From IMG/VR virus record IMGVR_UViG_3300020727_000702: DNA of 64,000 bases; one strand, given 5' to 3'. This DNA comes from an uncultured virus (IMG/VR IMGVR_UViG_3300020727_000702). Taxonomy: Duplodnaviria; Heunggongvirae; Uroviricota; Caudoviricetes. The notes under the pieces were generated by a model, which did no database searches, had not been told where the DNA came from, and saw nothing but the letters and a program-made list of their open reading frames with translations. Positions 1 to 10,135 of this stretch are shown here, piece by piece. Positions within the stretch are counted from its first letter, which is position 1. Every line of letters begins with the position of its first letter. The translations under genes and the position numbers were made by a program.

Positions 1-2956
1 CAGTACTAGAAGCAGAACCATTACTGATATTTTGAAAGTTAATTTGACTATAATTATTAACATTGGCAGCAAACTGTACAACAACATTGGATCCCAATGA
101 GGTATACTCGGGAACACCTGCATATAGTGCGCCGTCACCTGTTATTGTGTTACCAATAAAAGTACCATTACCTTCTGGAGCTATAAATCCAGATGCTTGT
201 ATTACACCTTGAGCAGTAACATTATTAGCAAAGTAAGCGTTATAACCATTTACATTACCAATACCTGATTGTATAATATTCATGGCCACTACGCTGCCAG
301 TTGTCGAAACTCCGCTGTCGATAGTTGTGTTGGCTGTTACAAATGAGTTAGCTGAGATAACATTGGCACCCGTAATATTACCCCCTGATCCGCCAGTTAT
401 AAAGTTAGATGCTGTTACATTACCACTAGCACTGAAATTAATAGCATTAATTGTGTCAAAACCGTTAATACTGAGAGCAGGACTTGCTGTTACAGCGTTA
501 AGATTACCAGGAACAGTTAAATTACCGGTCGTATCAAATATCCATTGTGGATTACTACTTTGAGAATTAGAATTGATTGTAACATTAGCATTTGCCCATA
601 ATGCCGCGTCACCCGAATTATTTAAAGTTAATGCCGTAGACTGGTCAACAGAATTTCCGTATATCGTTACGCCAGTAACTGGATTTAGTTGTATTGCGGC
701 ATTGTTAGTAAAATTAATATTGCCCGGAGCAGTTAGGTTACCATCAGTATCAAAGACCCAGTTTTGTTGGGTACTATTGGCCAAGGAATCGCTGTTGACC
801 TGAATGGTAATAGCGGAGTTGTCCACATTCACATAGTTCTGGTCATTGGGTGAACCCATCTGAACTCCTGTGTTGTTGGCATCCTTGAATCTGCTGTAAG
901 GAGCATTGTAGTCCAACTGTCCATTGGGCAAGGTTAGAGTACCATCTGCTCCAAAACTCCAGCCTGCTGTGTTACCGTTACTGATAACTACATTGCTTGA
1001 GCTGGCCAACAGGCCATTAATTGTACCATTGGCATTGAGAGCACCAACGCCAGCTGTGTATTCTGTTGTAGTTAAGTTACCGTTGCCTGTTGTAGCACCC
1101 AATAAAATTGTATTACCAGGGCCAACAGCAATAGCATATTCGCTGGTAACACCAGGATCCATTCCTACTATACCAGCAAAGCCCTCACCTTCTACTCCTG
1201 CATACATTAGACCAGCGCCATGGTTGTCTACAATACCGCGAATCTCTGTTGTACCAGCACCCATGTAGATTTGACTGCTATAAATTGCTGTGCCATTTGA
1301 ATAAACTTCTGTGCCAAACTCTGCGGCATTGGTATTGCCTATGCCACCTGAATTAAGTTTAGCAATCGTTGGCATGAGCATGTCATCGCCACTGAATACA
1401 AAGTTACCAGTGCTGGCATTGCCACCTGAGATGCCAGTTAAGTAAGCGCCATTGCCATAAAAATAATCGGCAGTAACATTACCAGTAACGGATACCGATA
1501 CCGATGTGGGTCCACCAGTCTGTGTTATAATTACATTGCTGCCGAATATAACTACGTTGCCATTAGTTGAAGTAGAGTATGAGAAACCACCAGCCAAATA
1601 TAAATTACCGCCAAACGTGTTTCCGGCGCCACCGATTAACGATACATAATTTCCTACTGCTCCGGGTGCTAGTTGAGGAGTCGTACTAATACTAGTATCG
1701 CTAAATGTAATATTGCCAGTTGATCCGCCGCCAGCTGGACCATAAGTCAACTCAAATGTTGAAGTGTTGTAGTACAATGCGTTTGTTGTATTACCATTAT
1801 CGTTGCGTACTGGTGCTACATAGAAACTGTCGGTTTGATTAGCAACACCATCTACTTCAACACCAGTGGCATTTAGAATAATTGTGTTGTTGGCTTGACT
1901 ATCTAGCCCAGCAAAACTACCAATGGCTATGGCATCAGTACCTTGATAATTTGACCCAGCCTCCAAGCCAATGGCGATGGCATTAGTACCTTGATTATAA
2001 CGTCCAGTGTATTCACCAATTGCTACTGCATTAACACCTTGATTATTTTGACCAGCCGCAAAACCTAGAGCAATAGCCTGTGTTTCTTGGCCATTAGTCC
2101 CTGCAGCGCACCCAATGGCAATAGCATATTCTCCCTGGGCATTGCCAGCAGTTTGTCCAATTGCTATTGATATTGGGCCATTATTATTATTAATATTGCC
2201 AATGTTGGCCCAGTCAGTGTTGCCGCCACCTGATCCGCCATAAGGTTGACCGTTGGCATAGTTAATGCTTGGGGAAGAATAAGGGTAGTCAGGTAATGTT
2301 AAATTACCTAGGTTATCAAAGACCCAATTATTGAGAATCCTAGCGCCGCTGAAGCGGTTTAATGAAGTAGTAGTAATAACTACAGGACCACCAGCTCCGC
2401 CAACGTTACCAACGGCAGTGCCCACGCCGTATTGAAAAATGGATGCATTACCACCTTGTAAATGCAATGCTCCGCCTTCTGCCAGCACTTGCGAATTGGT
2501 ATAAGCATAATCACCGGCTTGTAAGTATAGGTTAGGACCATTTTGCCCGGCTATAACGGAATTTAACGGCTGAATTTGTATGGGTTCAGTAATAATTGTG
2601 CTAATGTTGGCATTGGTAAATGTAATATCACCAGTATTACCCCCACCACCGTTGCCTGTGACCACATTAGCACCATCCACTTGTAAAGTACCATTGTCAA
2701 TAGTAAGTGGAACAGATCCAATGTAAATTGTATTGCCTGATACCCACAAGTCTTGCCATTGATTAGTGGCATTACCCAAACTATAAGAGACGTTATCTGA
2801 TGGAATAACGTCAGTAGTTACATTGAGCAAATTGCCGTTAGCACCTTGCCATATACCGTTGGGGTAATTACCATTGACGTAAGTATAAACTACCCCGTTT
2901 TCAGCAGTAAATGTATCACCCTCGTTGGGGTTTGGTGGAAAAAATAATGTTGACAT
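1..2956 (-). CDS. Tail fibre / virion adhesin-like protein (partial; runs off the left edge; missing from ORF track)
   Basis: ATG at 2956 gives MSTLFFPPNPNEGDTFTAENG; frame spot-checked as open at both ends (..NYSQINFQNISNGSASST at the edge); G/N/T-rich with AIAIG-x-x-AG beta-roll repeats; shares DNA blocks with the neighbouring fibre gene. Confidence 0.8.
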   Translation of the reverse strand, partial: MSTLFFPPNPNEGDTFTAENGVVYTYVNGNYPNGIWQGANGNLLNVTTDVIPSDNVSYSLGNATNQWQDLWVSGNTIYIGSVPLTIDNGTLQVDGANVVTGNGGGGNTGDITFTNANISTIITEPIQIQPLNSVIAGQNGPNLYLQAGDYAYTNSQVLAEGGALHLQGGNASIFQYGVGTAVGNVGGAGGPVVITTTSLNRFSGARILNNWVFDNLGNLTLPDYPYSSPSINYANGQPYGGSGGGNTDWANIGNINNNNGPISIAIGQTAGNAQGEYAIAIGCAAGTNGQETQAIALGFAAGQNNQGVNAVAIGEYTGRYNQGTNAIAIGLEAGSNYQGTDAIAIGSFAGLDSQANNTIILNATGVEVDGVANQTDSFYVAPVRNDNGNTTNALYYNTSTFELTYGPAGGGSTGNITFSDTSISTTPQLAPGAVGNYVSLIGGAGNTFGGNLYLAGGFSYSTSTNGNVVIFGSNVIITQTGGPTSVSVSVTGNVTADYFYGNGAYLTGISGGNASTGNFVFSGDDMLMPTIAKLNSGGIGNTNAAEFGTEVYSNGTAIYSSQIYMGAGTTEIRGIVDNHGAGLMYAGVEGEGFAGIVGMDPGVTSEYAIAVGPGNTILLGATTGNGNLTTTEYTAGVGALNANGTINGLLASSSNVVISNGNTAGWSFGADGTLTLPNGQLDYNAPYSRFKDANNTGVQMGSPNDQNYVNVDNSAITIQVNSDSLANSTQQNWVFDTDGNLTAPGNINFTNNAAIQLNPVTGVTIYGNSVDQSTALTLNNSGDAALWANANVTINSNSQSSNPQWIFDTTGNLTVPGNLNAVTASPALSINGFDTINAINFSASGNVTASNFITGGSGGNITGANVISANSFVTANTTIDSGVSTTGSVVAMNIIQSGIGNVNGYNAYFANNVTAQGVIQASGFIAPEGNGTFIGNTITGDGALYAGVPEYTSLGSNVVVQFAANVNNYSQINFQNISNGSASST

Positions 2957-2996
2957 GTGTGTATCCTAGTTTTATATTTATTTAAAATGTACTTCC

Positions 2997-5900
2997 TTAT
3001 ACTGCCGAGTTATCACTGATATAACTCCAGCGATTGCTTGTTGTGTCCCAGAAAGCTATTCTGCCTCCTGATGTAGGACTGTCTGAAACTGATGCTATTT
3101 GTCCCACAGTTCCTGTAATTAAAATTAAATTTGCCGCTGTGTAAACTGGTAATTGAGCAAATACTGTGGCTGTGACACCAGCCGATGTTATATTGCCAAC
3201 CGTAGAAATACTTCCTGGAGCTGTAAAGTTACCAGTATTATCGAAAGTCCAAGTCTCACCCGGGCCTCCTGATCTTTGATTGTTTGTAATAATTTCTACG
3301 TTAGTATTATTAATATAGACTGCACTAGTACCAAATCCTTTGCCGTCACTGCCATAATTATAAATGCGAACGGCACTATTGTCAGTTGGACCAACGATGT
3401 TTAAACCATAGCGCCAGTTAGAACTTGGTTCTTCAAAAATAGCACTGGTTAACGGTAAAGTCAACGCTCCTGATGAATCATATACCCAATTTGGTGTACC
3501 CGCCACACGAATTGTATAGTTGGTAGCACCTGCTGTAAACGAGCCAGTCCCGCTACTATTGCGTAAGTCTACATCTGGTGTGTTGTTATTGATAACATAG
3601 TTTGTAGCTGATCCATTATTGGCAGCGAGCAAACTGCCATCATTTTCTATGGTAAGTGACTGCAAGCCGTTTATAATACTGTTGCTGCCAGGTGGACCAT
3701 ATGTCAACTCAAATGTATCTGTATTATAGTAAAGTGCGTTGACAGTATTGCCTGTGTCATTGCGTACTGGTGCCACTGTGAATGTATTGTCTGTTTGTTG
3801 ATCTACAATATTACCAGTGGCATTTAAGATAATTGAGTTATTGCCTTGCTTGTAATCGCCAGCATGTGCGCCAATAGCTATAGCGTTGGCACCTTGGAAA
3901 TTATAACCAGCTTGTTGTCCAATTGATATGGCCAATGAGTTCTGTCCAGTATGCCCAGAATTATCGCCAATGGCTATGGCACTATTGCCTTGAATAAATG
4001 CTCCAGCGGCTACACCAATAGCCACAGCATAGTCATGTTGTCCTTCTTGACCTGCCCATTTACCAAGTCCTACAGCACTATTGCCCTGTGTATCTTGCCC
4101 AGCAAATTGACCAATTGCAATCGCCGCTTCGTGTTGAGTATTATTGCCAGCGTAATATCCAACAGCAATACTATTAGCACCTTGCACATTTGAACCAGCA
4201 TTGGCACCAACAGCTATGTTACTTGGACCATATTGATTGTTGATATTCCCAATGTTGGCCCAGTCAGTATTGCCGCCACTTGATCCGCCATAAGGTTGAC
4301 CATTGGCATAATTAATGCTAGGATTGACAGTCTCGACTGCCACAACAGTTAACTCACCGTTGCCAGTACTGCTGGGCTGATTAATAGTTAACTGATCACC
4401 CGGCGCATAGCCTTGGCCACGCTGATTAAGGGTGACACTAGTAATTGAACCAGCGTTGCCACTATCGGCTATGATGTCAACAGTTAGGCCTGTGCCTGTA
4501 CCTGTGTCAGCAATGGTTGGCACGTTGGCCGCTGTGGAGTAGCCTACTGTGAGGCCAGCGTTAAGTGTGACAGCAGTAGCCAAGCCAGTTATAGCGCCCG
4601 GTAATGTCAAGTTGCCTGTAGCATCAAAAGTCCATTCAAAATTGTTTGAGCCATCGAATGTTTCTAATACCACAGGATAGTTGGTATTGGCTTGAACGTT
4701 AAATTGCATACCATTATCATCAATGCCACTACCATTAGGAAAGGTCAATACTCCTTTGTTGCCCCAGGTTAATGTATCGCCCGATACATCTGTTATACTG
4801 AGTCCTTGATTGACTCCATTTCCCGACGGTGATAATACAGTTCCATTAGATAAGACCAAATTGCCGGTATTATCAAATGTCCAAAAGCCATTGTCCGTCT
4901 CAACATACGCATTGCCATCTGCAAGATAAACATAAGATGATCCGTTGCTGTAGCTGTCATTTTCTAACTGTGTATAGCTATTTGGGCCGGTAACAATATT
5001 GATACCACCTGTGCCATTGCCGTATATACTAATATCTGTGTTGGCTAGATTAGTTGAAATGGTCGTGCTGTTAAATGTAATATTACCGGTATTCCCACTG
5101 CCCCCGCCTGGACCTGAAATTCCTGCTGGACTAGCATCTACCCACTGACTTGTAGTGCCATCATTGTAATAAACATATAAGCGCCCAGCCACTGAATTCC
5201 ACCAAAGTGTGCTTGGAGTTGGGTTTAAGGGAGCAGTATCACTTTGTATAATGCTTCCACCGCCACCGCCTGATCCACTAATACCAGCTGGAGCAGCATC
5301 TACCCACTGACTTGAGGTACCGTCATTGTAGTAAACATATAAACGACCTGATACTTCATCCCACCATAAGGTACTTGCTGTAGGGTTTAAGGGAGGAGTT
5401 GCGCTTTGAATAATGCTTCCGGCTCCGCCTGAGAATGGTGTGCCATTGGCATAATAATAGTTGTTGGTTAATATTCCGCCAACTGTAATGTTACCAATCA
5501 ACGATAAGTTAGCAGTTGGAGCTAACTCATAAGCCATGCCAGCTACAACAGCCGAATTGGCGTAATCAGATTGTACAGAATAACCAGATGAATTGGCACG
5601 CTGTGACATTACAGCATTATTGGCAAAGGCAGCTAAATTGGCATTTAGAGCAAATAGTGCTGTATCAGCATTAATAGATTGTGTGGCTAAAGCTGCTAAG
5701 TTAGCAGTAGCGGCAGTGCCAGCAAATGTGGCATAATAAACATTACCAGTAATGGCACTGGCTCTAACATTGCTAATATTACCACCATCACCTGCTAGTA
5801 TGCCTACTACAGTATTACCATATACAATGTTGGCATAAACATTACCAGTTGTGGAAATATCACCAACTGCTGAAATTGAATCTACAGAACCAAATGTAGT

Positions 5901-6551
5901 TAAATTAGAATAAACGACCGTGGGATTTATTGTAGTGCCTGAGATATTGGCTGCGTCAACATTGGCAGTTACATTAGTCAATTGGCTTCCGTCACCAATA
6001 AATGCTGGAGCTGTAACAGGAAGATTTGTCGTCCACGAATTTGATTCATATGAATAGGTGAAATTGGCATTGGCTCCATCTACCAGTATACCTGCTCCGT
6101 CAGCTTGGGCGCCATTAGAAGCGCCACTAGCCAGTGTAATTGTAGTATTTGATACAGTTAAATTAGAATAGTTAACAGTTACGATATTGCCTGTAACATT
6201 TAAATTGCCGTTTACATATAAATTACCAGTAAAAGTACTGGTATTGGCATTTAAATATTGTGTGTAAACTGTGTTAAAACGATTAGTTGATGTGCCAATT
6301 GAACGAACATTTGATAAATCTGGAGCTAGAGTGGAACGGACAACGACGGCCCCGACACCATTTGGTGCCAGTATCAAATTACCATTGGTATTGGTAGTTA
6401 TAATGCTGTTATTAACGATTTCAATATTGCTACCAACAGGGCCAGCGTTGAAAACTTGGTCAAAATTGAGATTTACTTGTGTAAATGCGGTTCGTAAGGG
6501 TTCACCGGTTCCATCATTTGCTACATTACCTGTGTTTATAATATATTGCAT
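2997..6551 (-). CDS. Tail fibre/baseplate-attached protein with T4 gp9/gp10-like N-terminus and YadA-like head repeats
   Basis: Starts MQYIINTGNVANDGTGEPLRTAF; tandem 14-aa QGxxAIAIGxxAG repeats; duplicated LWW..GRLYVYYNDGT..QWVDA module; CTAAATA upstream on the minus strand. Confidence 0.8.
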   Translation of the reverse strand: MQYIINTGNVANDGTGEPLRTAFTQVNLNFDQVFNAGPVGSNIEIVNNSIITTNTNGNLILAPNGVGAVVVRSTLAPDLSNVRSIGTSTNRFNTVYTQYLNANTSTFTGNLYVNGNLNVTGNIVTVNYSNLTVSNTTITLASGASNGAQADGAGILVDGANANFTYSYESNSWTTNLPVTAPAFIGDGSQLTNVTANVDAANISGTTINPTVVYSNLTTFGSVDSISAVGDISTTGNVYANIVYGNTVVGILAGDGGNISNVRASAITGNVYYATFAGTAATANLAALATQSINADTALFALNANLAAFANNAVMSQRANSSGYSVQSDYANSAVVAGMAYELAPTANLSLIGNITVGGILTNNYYYANGTPFSGGAGSIIQSATPPLNPTASTLWWDEVSGRLYVYYNDGTSSQWVDAAPAGISGSGGGGGSIIQSDTAPLNPTPSTLWWNSVAGRLYVYYNDGTTSQWVDASPAGISGPGGGSGNTGNITFNSTTISTNLANTDISIYGNGTGGINIVTGPNSYTQLENDSYSNGSSYVYLADGNAYVETDNGFWTFDNTGNLVLSNGTVLSPSGNGVNQGLSITDVSGDTLTWGNKGVLTFPNGSGIDDNGMQFNVQANTNYPVVLETFDGSNNFEWTFDATGNLTLPGAITGLATAVTLNAGLTVGYSTAANVPTIADTGTGTGLTVDIIADSGNAGSITSVTLNQRGQGYAPGDQLTINQPSSTGNGELTVVAVETVNPSINYANGQPYGGSSGGNTDWANIGNINNQYGPSNIAVGANAGSNVQGANSIAVGYYAGNNTQHEAAIAIGQFAGQDTQGNSAVGLGKWAGQEGQHDYAVAIGVAAGAFIQGNSAIAIGDNSGHTGQNSLAISIGQQAGYNFQGANAIAIGAHAGDYKQGNNSIILNATGNIVDQQTDNTFTVAPVRNDTGNTVNALYYNTDTFELTYGPPGSNSIINGLQSLTIENDGSLLAANNGSATNYVINNNTPDVDLRNSSGTGSFTAGATNYTIRVAGTPNWVYDSSGALTLPLTSAIFEEPSSNWRYGLNIVGPTDNSAVRIYNYGSDGKGFGTSAVYINNTNVEIITNNQRSGGPGETWTFDNTGNFTAPGSISTVGNITSAGVTATVFAQLPVYTAANLILITGTVGQIASVSDSPTSGGRIAFWDTTSNRWSYISDNSAV

Positions 6552-6732
6552 ATAGGTTTTTACCAATCCTTAGTATTTGTTATTATTTAGTTAAACTACC
6601 GTATAGCAAGTTTTGGATAAAATTATTAATACAATCAGCCAAAATAGTTGTTTTTCTCGGTTAGTTAGCGTATACTGCATATATGTTGTTAACTCAACTA
6701 CCGTTTATATTAACTATGAAAGGATAAACGAA

Positions 6733-7002
6733 ATGAAATTGATTAATCCAGAAAGCAAGACTTTTCGCGTATTTCGCGCACTCCAGTCCGGTCAAGCCTT
6801 AACCGCTAGCAAAGCAACTAAACTAGGTGTTAAGAATTTATCTGCTGAAGTTTCACGCATCAAGCAACATGGTTTTGCCGTTTATACCAACAGCCGCAAA
6901 GCAAATAACGGTGTCCAAGTTACTGAATACGTAATGGGCAAGCCAAGCCGTAAAATTGTAGCCCTTGGTTACAAAGCATTGGCCGCAGGAATGACTGTTT
7001 AA
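6733..7002 (+). CDS. Small basic helix-turn-helix-like protein
   Basis: AAGGA SD then MKLINPESK; LTASKATKLGVKNLSAEVSRIKQHG resembles a wHTH. Confidence 0.5.
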   Translation: MKLINPESKTFRVFRALQSGQALTASKATKLGVKNLSAEVSRIKQHGFAVYTNSRKANNGVQVTEYVMGKPSRKIVALGYKALAAGMTV

Positions 7003-7040
7003 AAACCTCGCTGTCCAAATCAAATTGGACACATTTCTTC

Positions 7041-7067
7041 AGAAAGGCTGTCAACGACAGTCTTTTT
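7041..7067 (+). terminator. Intrinsic terminator
   Basis: AGAAAGGCTGTC-AAC-GACAGTCTTTTT hairpin. Confidence 0.6.
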
Positions 7068-7069
7068 GT

Positions 7070-7098
7070 TTGACTTTAAATTCAATTGGTCATATAAT
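7070..7098 (+). promoter_or_regulatory. Sigma70-type promoter
   Basis: TTGACT-N17-TATAAT. Confidence 0.7.
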
Positions 7099-7104
7099 AT
7101 GGAT

Positions 7105-7548
7105 ATGCTCAAAAAACTATTTCAGCGTTTAGGACGCCATAGAATTATATTAGATAGAGAAAGCAACGATCCTTATTTGGAACGATATTATTTGTTCCTA
7201 AAAGATCGTAAACGTTTTCCATTTAACATATTTCTACACAAATTCCTCAAAGGTGATCGAGACCATTTACACGACCACCCTTGGTCTTACTGCACTTTAA
7301 TACTTAAAGGTGGATACTGGGAGTGGATACCTGGAAATAATTGTGAAATCCGCAAATGGCGTGGTCCGGGACATTTTCGTATGTGTAGAGCCAATTCCTA
7401 TCATCGCATAGAATTAGAACCTGGCGTAACTGCTTGGACATTGTTCATGCCCGGGCAACAACAACGTGACTGGGGATTTTTGGTTGATGATGTATGGATT
7501 CAAAACGAAGAATATTTTAAACAACGCAAGGAGAATGTAAGTGCCTAA
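7105..7548 (+). CDS. Cupin-fold protein
   Basis: FLHKFLKGDRDHLHDHPW...GGYWE...YHRIEL cupin metal motif; start placed at the ATG 7 nt after the -10 box. Confidence 0.7.
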   Translation: MLKKLFQRLGRHRIILDRESNDPYLERYYLFLKDRKRFPFNIFLHKFLKGDRDHLHDHPWSYCTLILKGGYWEWIPGNNCEIRKWRGPGHFRMCRANSYHRIELEPGVTAWTLFMPGQQQRDWGFLVDDVWIQNEEYFKQRKENVSA

Positions 7549-8062
7549 CTATTGTGATAACATTGCCACTATTTCTGGACCAGCAGAAGTAATTGGCCAA
7601 ATTAAAACTATACTGGAAGATCCCAAGGGTGAGTTGCTAAACTACATGGTTCCAGAACCCAAAGACAATGAAAGCTGGTATGAATGGCGTGTGGAAAATT
7701 GGGGCACTAAATGGGATATTTCGGATGTTTATTTGAACGATGAAGACACAGAAAATAATTCTATAGAATTTGGATTTAGTTCTGCTTGGTCTCCACCAAC
7801 ACAAGCATTTGAAACTTGGGCACGAGGTCAAGAAGGAGTAACTTTTACCTTAAAATACTTTGAACCTGGTGTGGGATTTTTAGGTGAAGCTACATATGAT
7901 GGTGAATATTTTGATGATAATTATATAGATAGCCAGTCAGATGCTACAGCATATAAAGATTTTGCTCGAGACGAATGGGGCTGGGAAGATGAGGAAGAAC
8001 CAGAACCATTTACTGAATGGTATAAACAGGGTGTTGAAGAAAAAGGATTGACAGATGATTGA
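7541..8062 (+). CDS. DUF1281/YubB ferredoxin-like domain protein
   Basis: MPNYCDN, WYEWRVENWGTKWD, FSSAWSPP and YFEPG motifs. Confidence 0.65.
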   Translation: MPNYCDNIATISGPAEVIGQIKTILEDPKGELLNYMVPEPKDNESWYEWRVENWGTKWDISDVYLNDEDTENNSIEFGFSSAWSPPTQAFETWARGQEGVTFTLKYFEPGVGFLGEATYDGEYFDDNYIDSQSDATAYKDFARDEWGWEDEEEPEPFTEWYKQGVEEKGLTDD

Positions 8063-8393
8063 AATTTTAACTGGAATAGTGTTGGGCATAGTTATTGCCA
8101 TAGTTGTTATCTACTTGTACATTCGTAGTTTGATTAGGCAAGTTATGATGGACATTGACGGATTAATCGAAGTAGCAAAAAATCAAATAATGCCCGTAAC
8201 AGTTGAGCGTGAAAACGGTATAATTTATTGTTATAATAAAAATGACAATCAATTTATTTGCCAAGGCGCCAATTTGTCCGAAATCAAAGCGGCATTTAAA
8301 GCTCGATTTCCCGATTGTACTGCTTATTTGGATGGTGGTAATCTCGAATTAGTGGAAGAATTGCGTAGTGAATTGAGAAAAGATTTAGTTTGA
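8055..8393 (+). CDS. Hypothetical membrane-anchored protein
   Basis: N-terminal hydrophobic helix; overlaps upstream stop. Confidence 0.6.
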   Translation: MIEILTGIVLGIVIAIVVIYLYIRSLIRQVMMDIDGLIEVAKNQIMPVTVERENGIIYCYNKNDNQFICQGANLSEIKAAFKARFPDCTAYLDGGNLELVEELRSELRKDLV

Positions 8394-8418
8394 CAAGCAA
8401 ATCAACAAGTAGTATAAT
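8390..8418 (+). promoter_or_regulatory. Consensus sigma70 promoter
   Basis: TTGACA-N17-TATAAT; ATG 7 nt downstream. Confidence 0.85.
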
Positions 8419-8424
8419 AATAAT

Positions 8425-9321
8425 ATGAAAATAGCCATTGCTTCCGACATACACCTTGAATTTGGTTCAATTATGTTACACAACGACAAACAAGCCGATG
8501 TGTTAATTCTTGCGGGTGATATTTGTACAGTTAAAACTTTTAAAAAGAAACCCAAAGAACGGGTGGGACTTATTGATTTTTTTAGTAACTGTTCCGCTAT
8601 GTTTAAAGATGTTATATACATTTGTGGTAATCACGAACACTATGATTATGACATTGCTGAAACTTATAAAACACTTAAAAAAGAATTAGCACAATTTCCT
8701 AATATTCACATTTTAGAAAAAGAAACTGTAGATATTGGCAACATTACTTTTGTTTGTGGCACACTTTGGACTGATATGAATAAAAATGATTCATTGACTT
8801 TATGGCATTGTGGTCGAGCAATGAATGATTTTCAGTTGATTAAAAATAGCTGTCGTATGACACATCATACCAATACAGTTTATGTTAAGAATCCTGATGG
8901 TTCGGGCATGAATTTAAAAGATGCCGAAGGTAACTTAGTTGTAGAACGAGTTGACCATTATGAAAAAGCATCTCGTTGGTCGCCAGAAGATTCAGTCGAA
9001 GACCACAAAAAAATGATTGACTACATTGATATTGTTACCAAAGATAAAACAAAACAATATGTGGTAGTTGGTCATCATGCGCCATCGACTTTAAGTATAG
9101 CCGAATGTTATAAAGGTGATAAGTTAATGAACGGAGCTTTCCATTCTGACCTCAGCGAATTCATCATTGATCGCCCGCAAATTAAACTTTGGGTACACGG
9201 ACACATGCACAATAATAGCAATTATTGGATTGGCGAAACTCATGTAGTTTGTAATCCCAGAGGATATGTTGGTTACGAAAGTTCTGCCACTTGGTTTGAA
9301 TTACAATATTTGGAAATATAA
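8425..9321 (+). CDS. Calcineurin-like metallophosphoesterase
   Basis: SDIHLE, LAGDI, GNHE, HH and HGHMH motifs. Confidence 0.9.
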   Translation: MKIAIASDIHLEFGSIMLHNDKQADVLILAGDICTVKTFKKKPKERVGLIDFFSNCSAMFKDVIYICGNHEHYDYDIAETYKTLKKELAQFPNIHILEKETVDIGNITFVCGTLWTDMNKNDSLTLWHCGRAMNDFQLIKNSCRMTHHTNTVYVKNPDGSGMNLKDAEGNLVVERVDHYEKASRWSPEDSVEDHKKMIDYIDIVTKDKTKQYVVVGHHAPSTLSIAECYKGDKLMNGAFHSDLSEFIIDRPQIKLWVHGHMHNNSNYWIGETHVVCNPRGYVGYESSATWFELQYLEI

Positions 9322-9575
9322 TGAGTAAATCTAAACACAAACCTTATCAATGGATTGACGGAGAAACTGCAGATCGTATTACTAGTCTTAACCTAAAGGA
9401 CTATCGAGCATATCTCAAAAAAGATCTTAAGGATTGGAAAAAGAATCCAAAAACTGAATCTAACCCCAATGGCTATTGGTTACATCCAGAAGATGTTGCT
9501 AGCCATATTCGTACTATTGATGCATTAGATTTAATTATTAGCCACTTTATAGAAACATCAGACGAAATCAAATAA
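9321..9575 (+). CDS. Hypothetical protein
   Basis: TAATG-coupled ORF. Confidence 0.6.
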   Translation: MSKSKHKPYQWIDGETADRITSLNLKDYRAYLKKDLKDWKKNPKTESNPNGYWLHPEDVASHIRTIDALDLIISHFIETSDEIK

Positions 9576-9587
9576 AAGGAATTAAAA

Positions 9588-9959
9588 ATGAGTGATTATT
9601 CACCAGACCGTTGGGTAGTTATAAAAATTACTACACCAACTGAACGTCTTTATAAAGTGTTTGCGTCATGGTCAGGTGGCTATGGCGGTTCAGACTCTTG
9701 GAAGATAAATTCAGGTATTACACAAGCTAGGCTTGTTAAGGATCGTTGGGAGTTTGATGGGTACAGCGGCTCTGTTTACAGTTGTCACACTCAGGCCTAT
9801 GGAACCAACGGTTATGGTGGCAATGTTTTACAAAATTTTATTGACTGTGCTCCAAGCGAAGGAGCTACAATTGAAATCATGCCAGGCGAGACCAATTGGG
9901 CCAGTTTAGACTATGATGCGCTACAGCAATTTATTGCTAACGGAGTTAAAAATGATTAA
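9588..9959 (+). CDS. Conserved phage hypothetical protein
   Basis: AAGGA SD; YSPDRWVVIKI..YKVFASWSGGYGGSDSWKINSGI. Confidence 0.65.
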   Translation: MSDYSPDRWVVIKITTPTERLYKVFASWSGGYGGSDSWKINSGITQARLVKDRWEFDGYSGSVYSCHTQAYGTNGYGGNVLQNFIDCAPSEGATIEIMPGETNWASLDYDALQQFIANGVKND

Positions 9960-10134
9960 CTGGTTGCGTTATTCCGGGGTCAGTGTTATAATAACATTAA
10001 ATCCTTTATGGTGGCGATTAGCACCCTGGGCGCAAAAAGACTATAATGAATGGGCTGGTCCCAATGAATGGACAGGTTCATGCGGCTGGTTGTTTTTAAC
10101 AATTCGTGTTTGGATTGACGACGGGAGTTGGTAG
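9952..10134 (+). CDS. Hypothetical Trp-rich protein
   Basis: GGAG SD then MINWLRYSG. Confidence 0.55.
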   Translation: MINWLRYSGVSVIITLNPLWWRLAPWAQKDYNEWAGPNEWTGSCGWLFLTIRVWIDDGSW

Positions 10135-10135
10135 T

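Noticed and set aside
282..1268. Plus-strand ORFs 282-563, 573-803 and 924-1268
   Set aside because: Antisense shadows of the long minus-strand fibre gene (1-2956); no SD and no recognisable motifs
1737..4319. Diversity-generating retroelement TR/VR pair in the fibre repeats
   Set aside because: Both copies are coding, the mismatches in the 71-nt block are not adenine-specific on the coding strand, and no reverse transcriptase is present in the window
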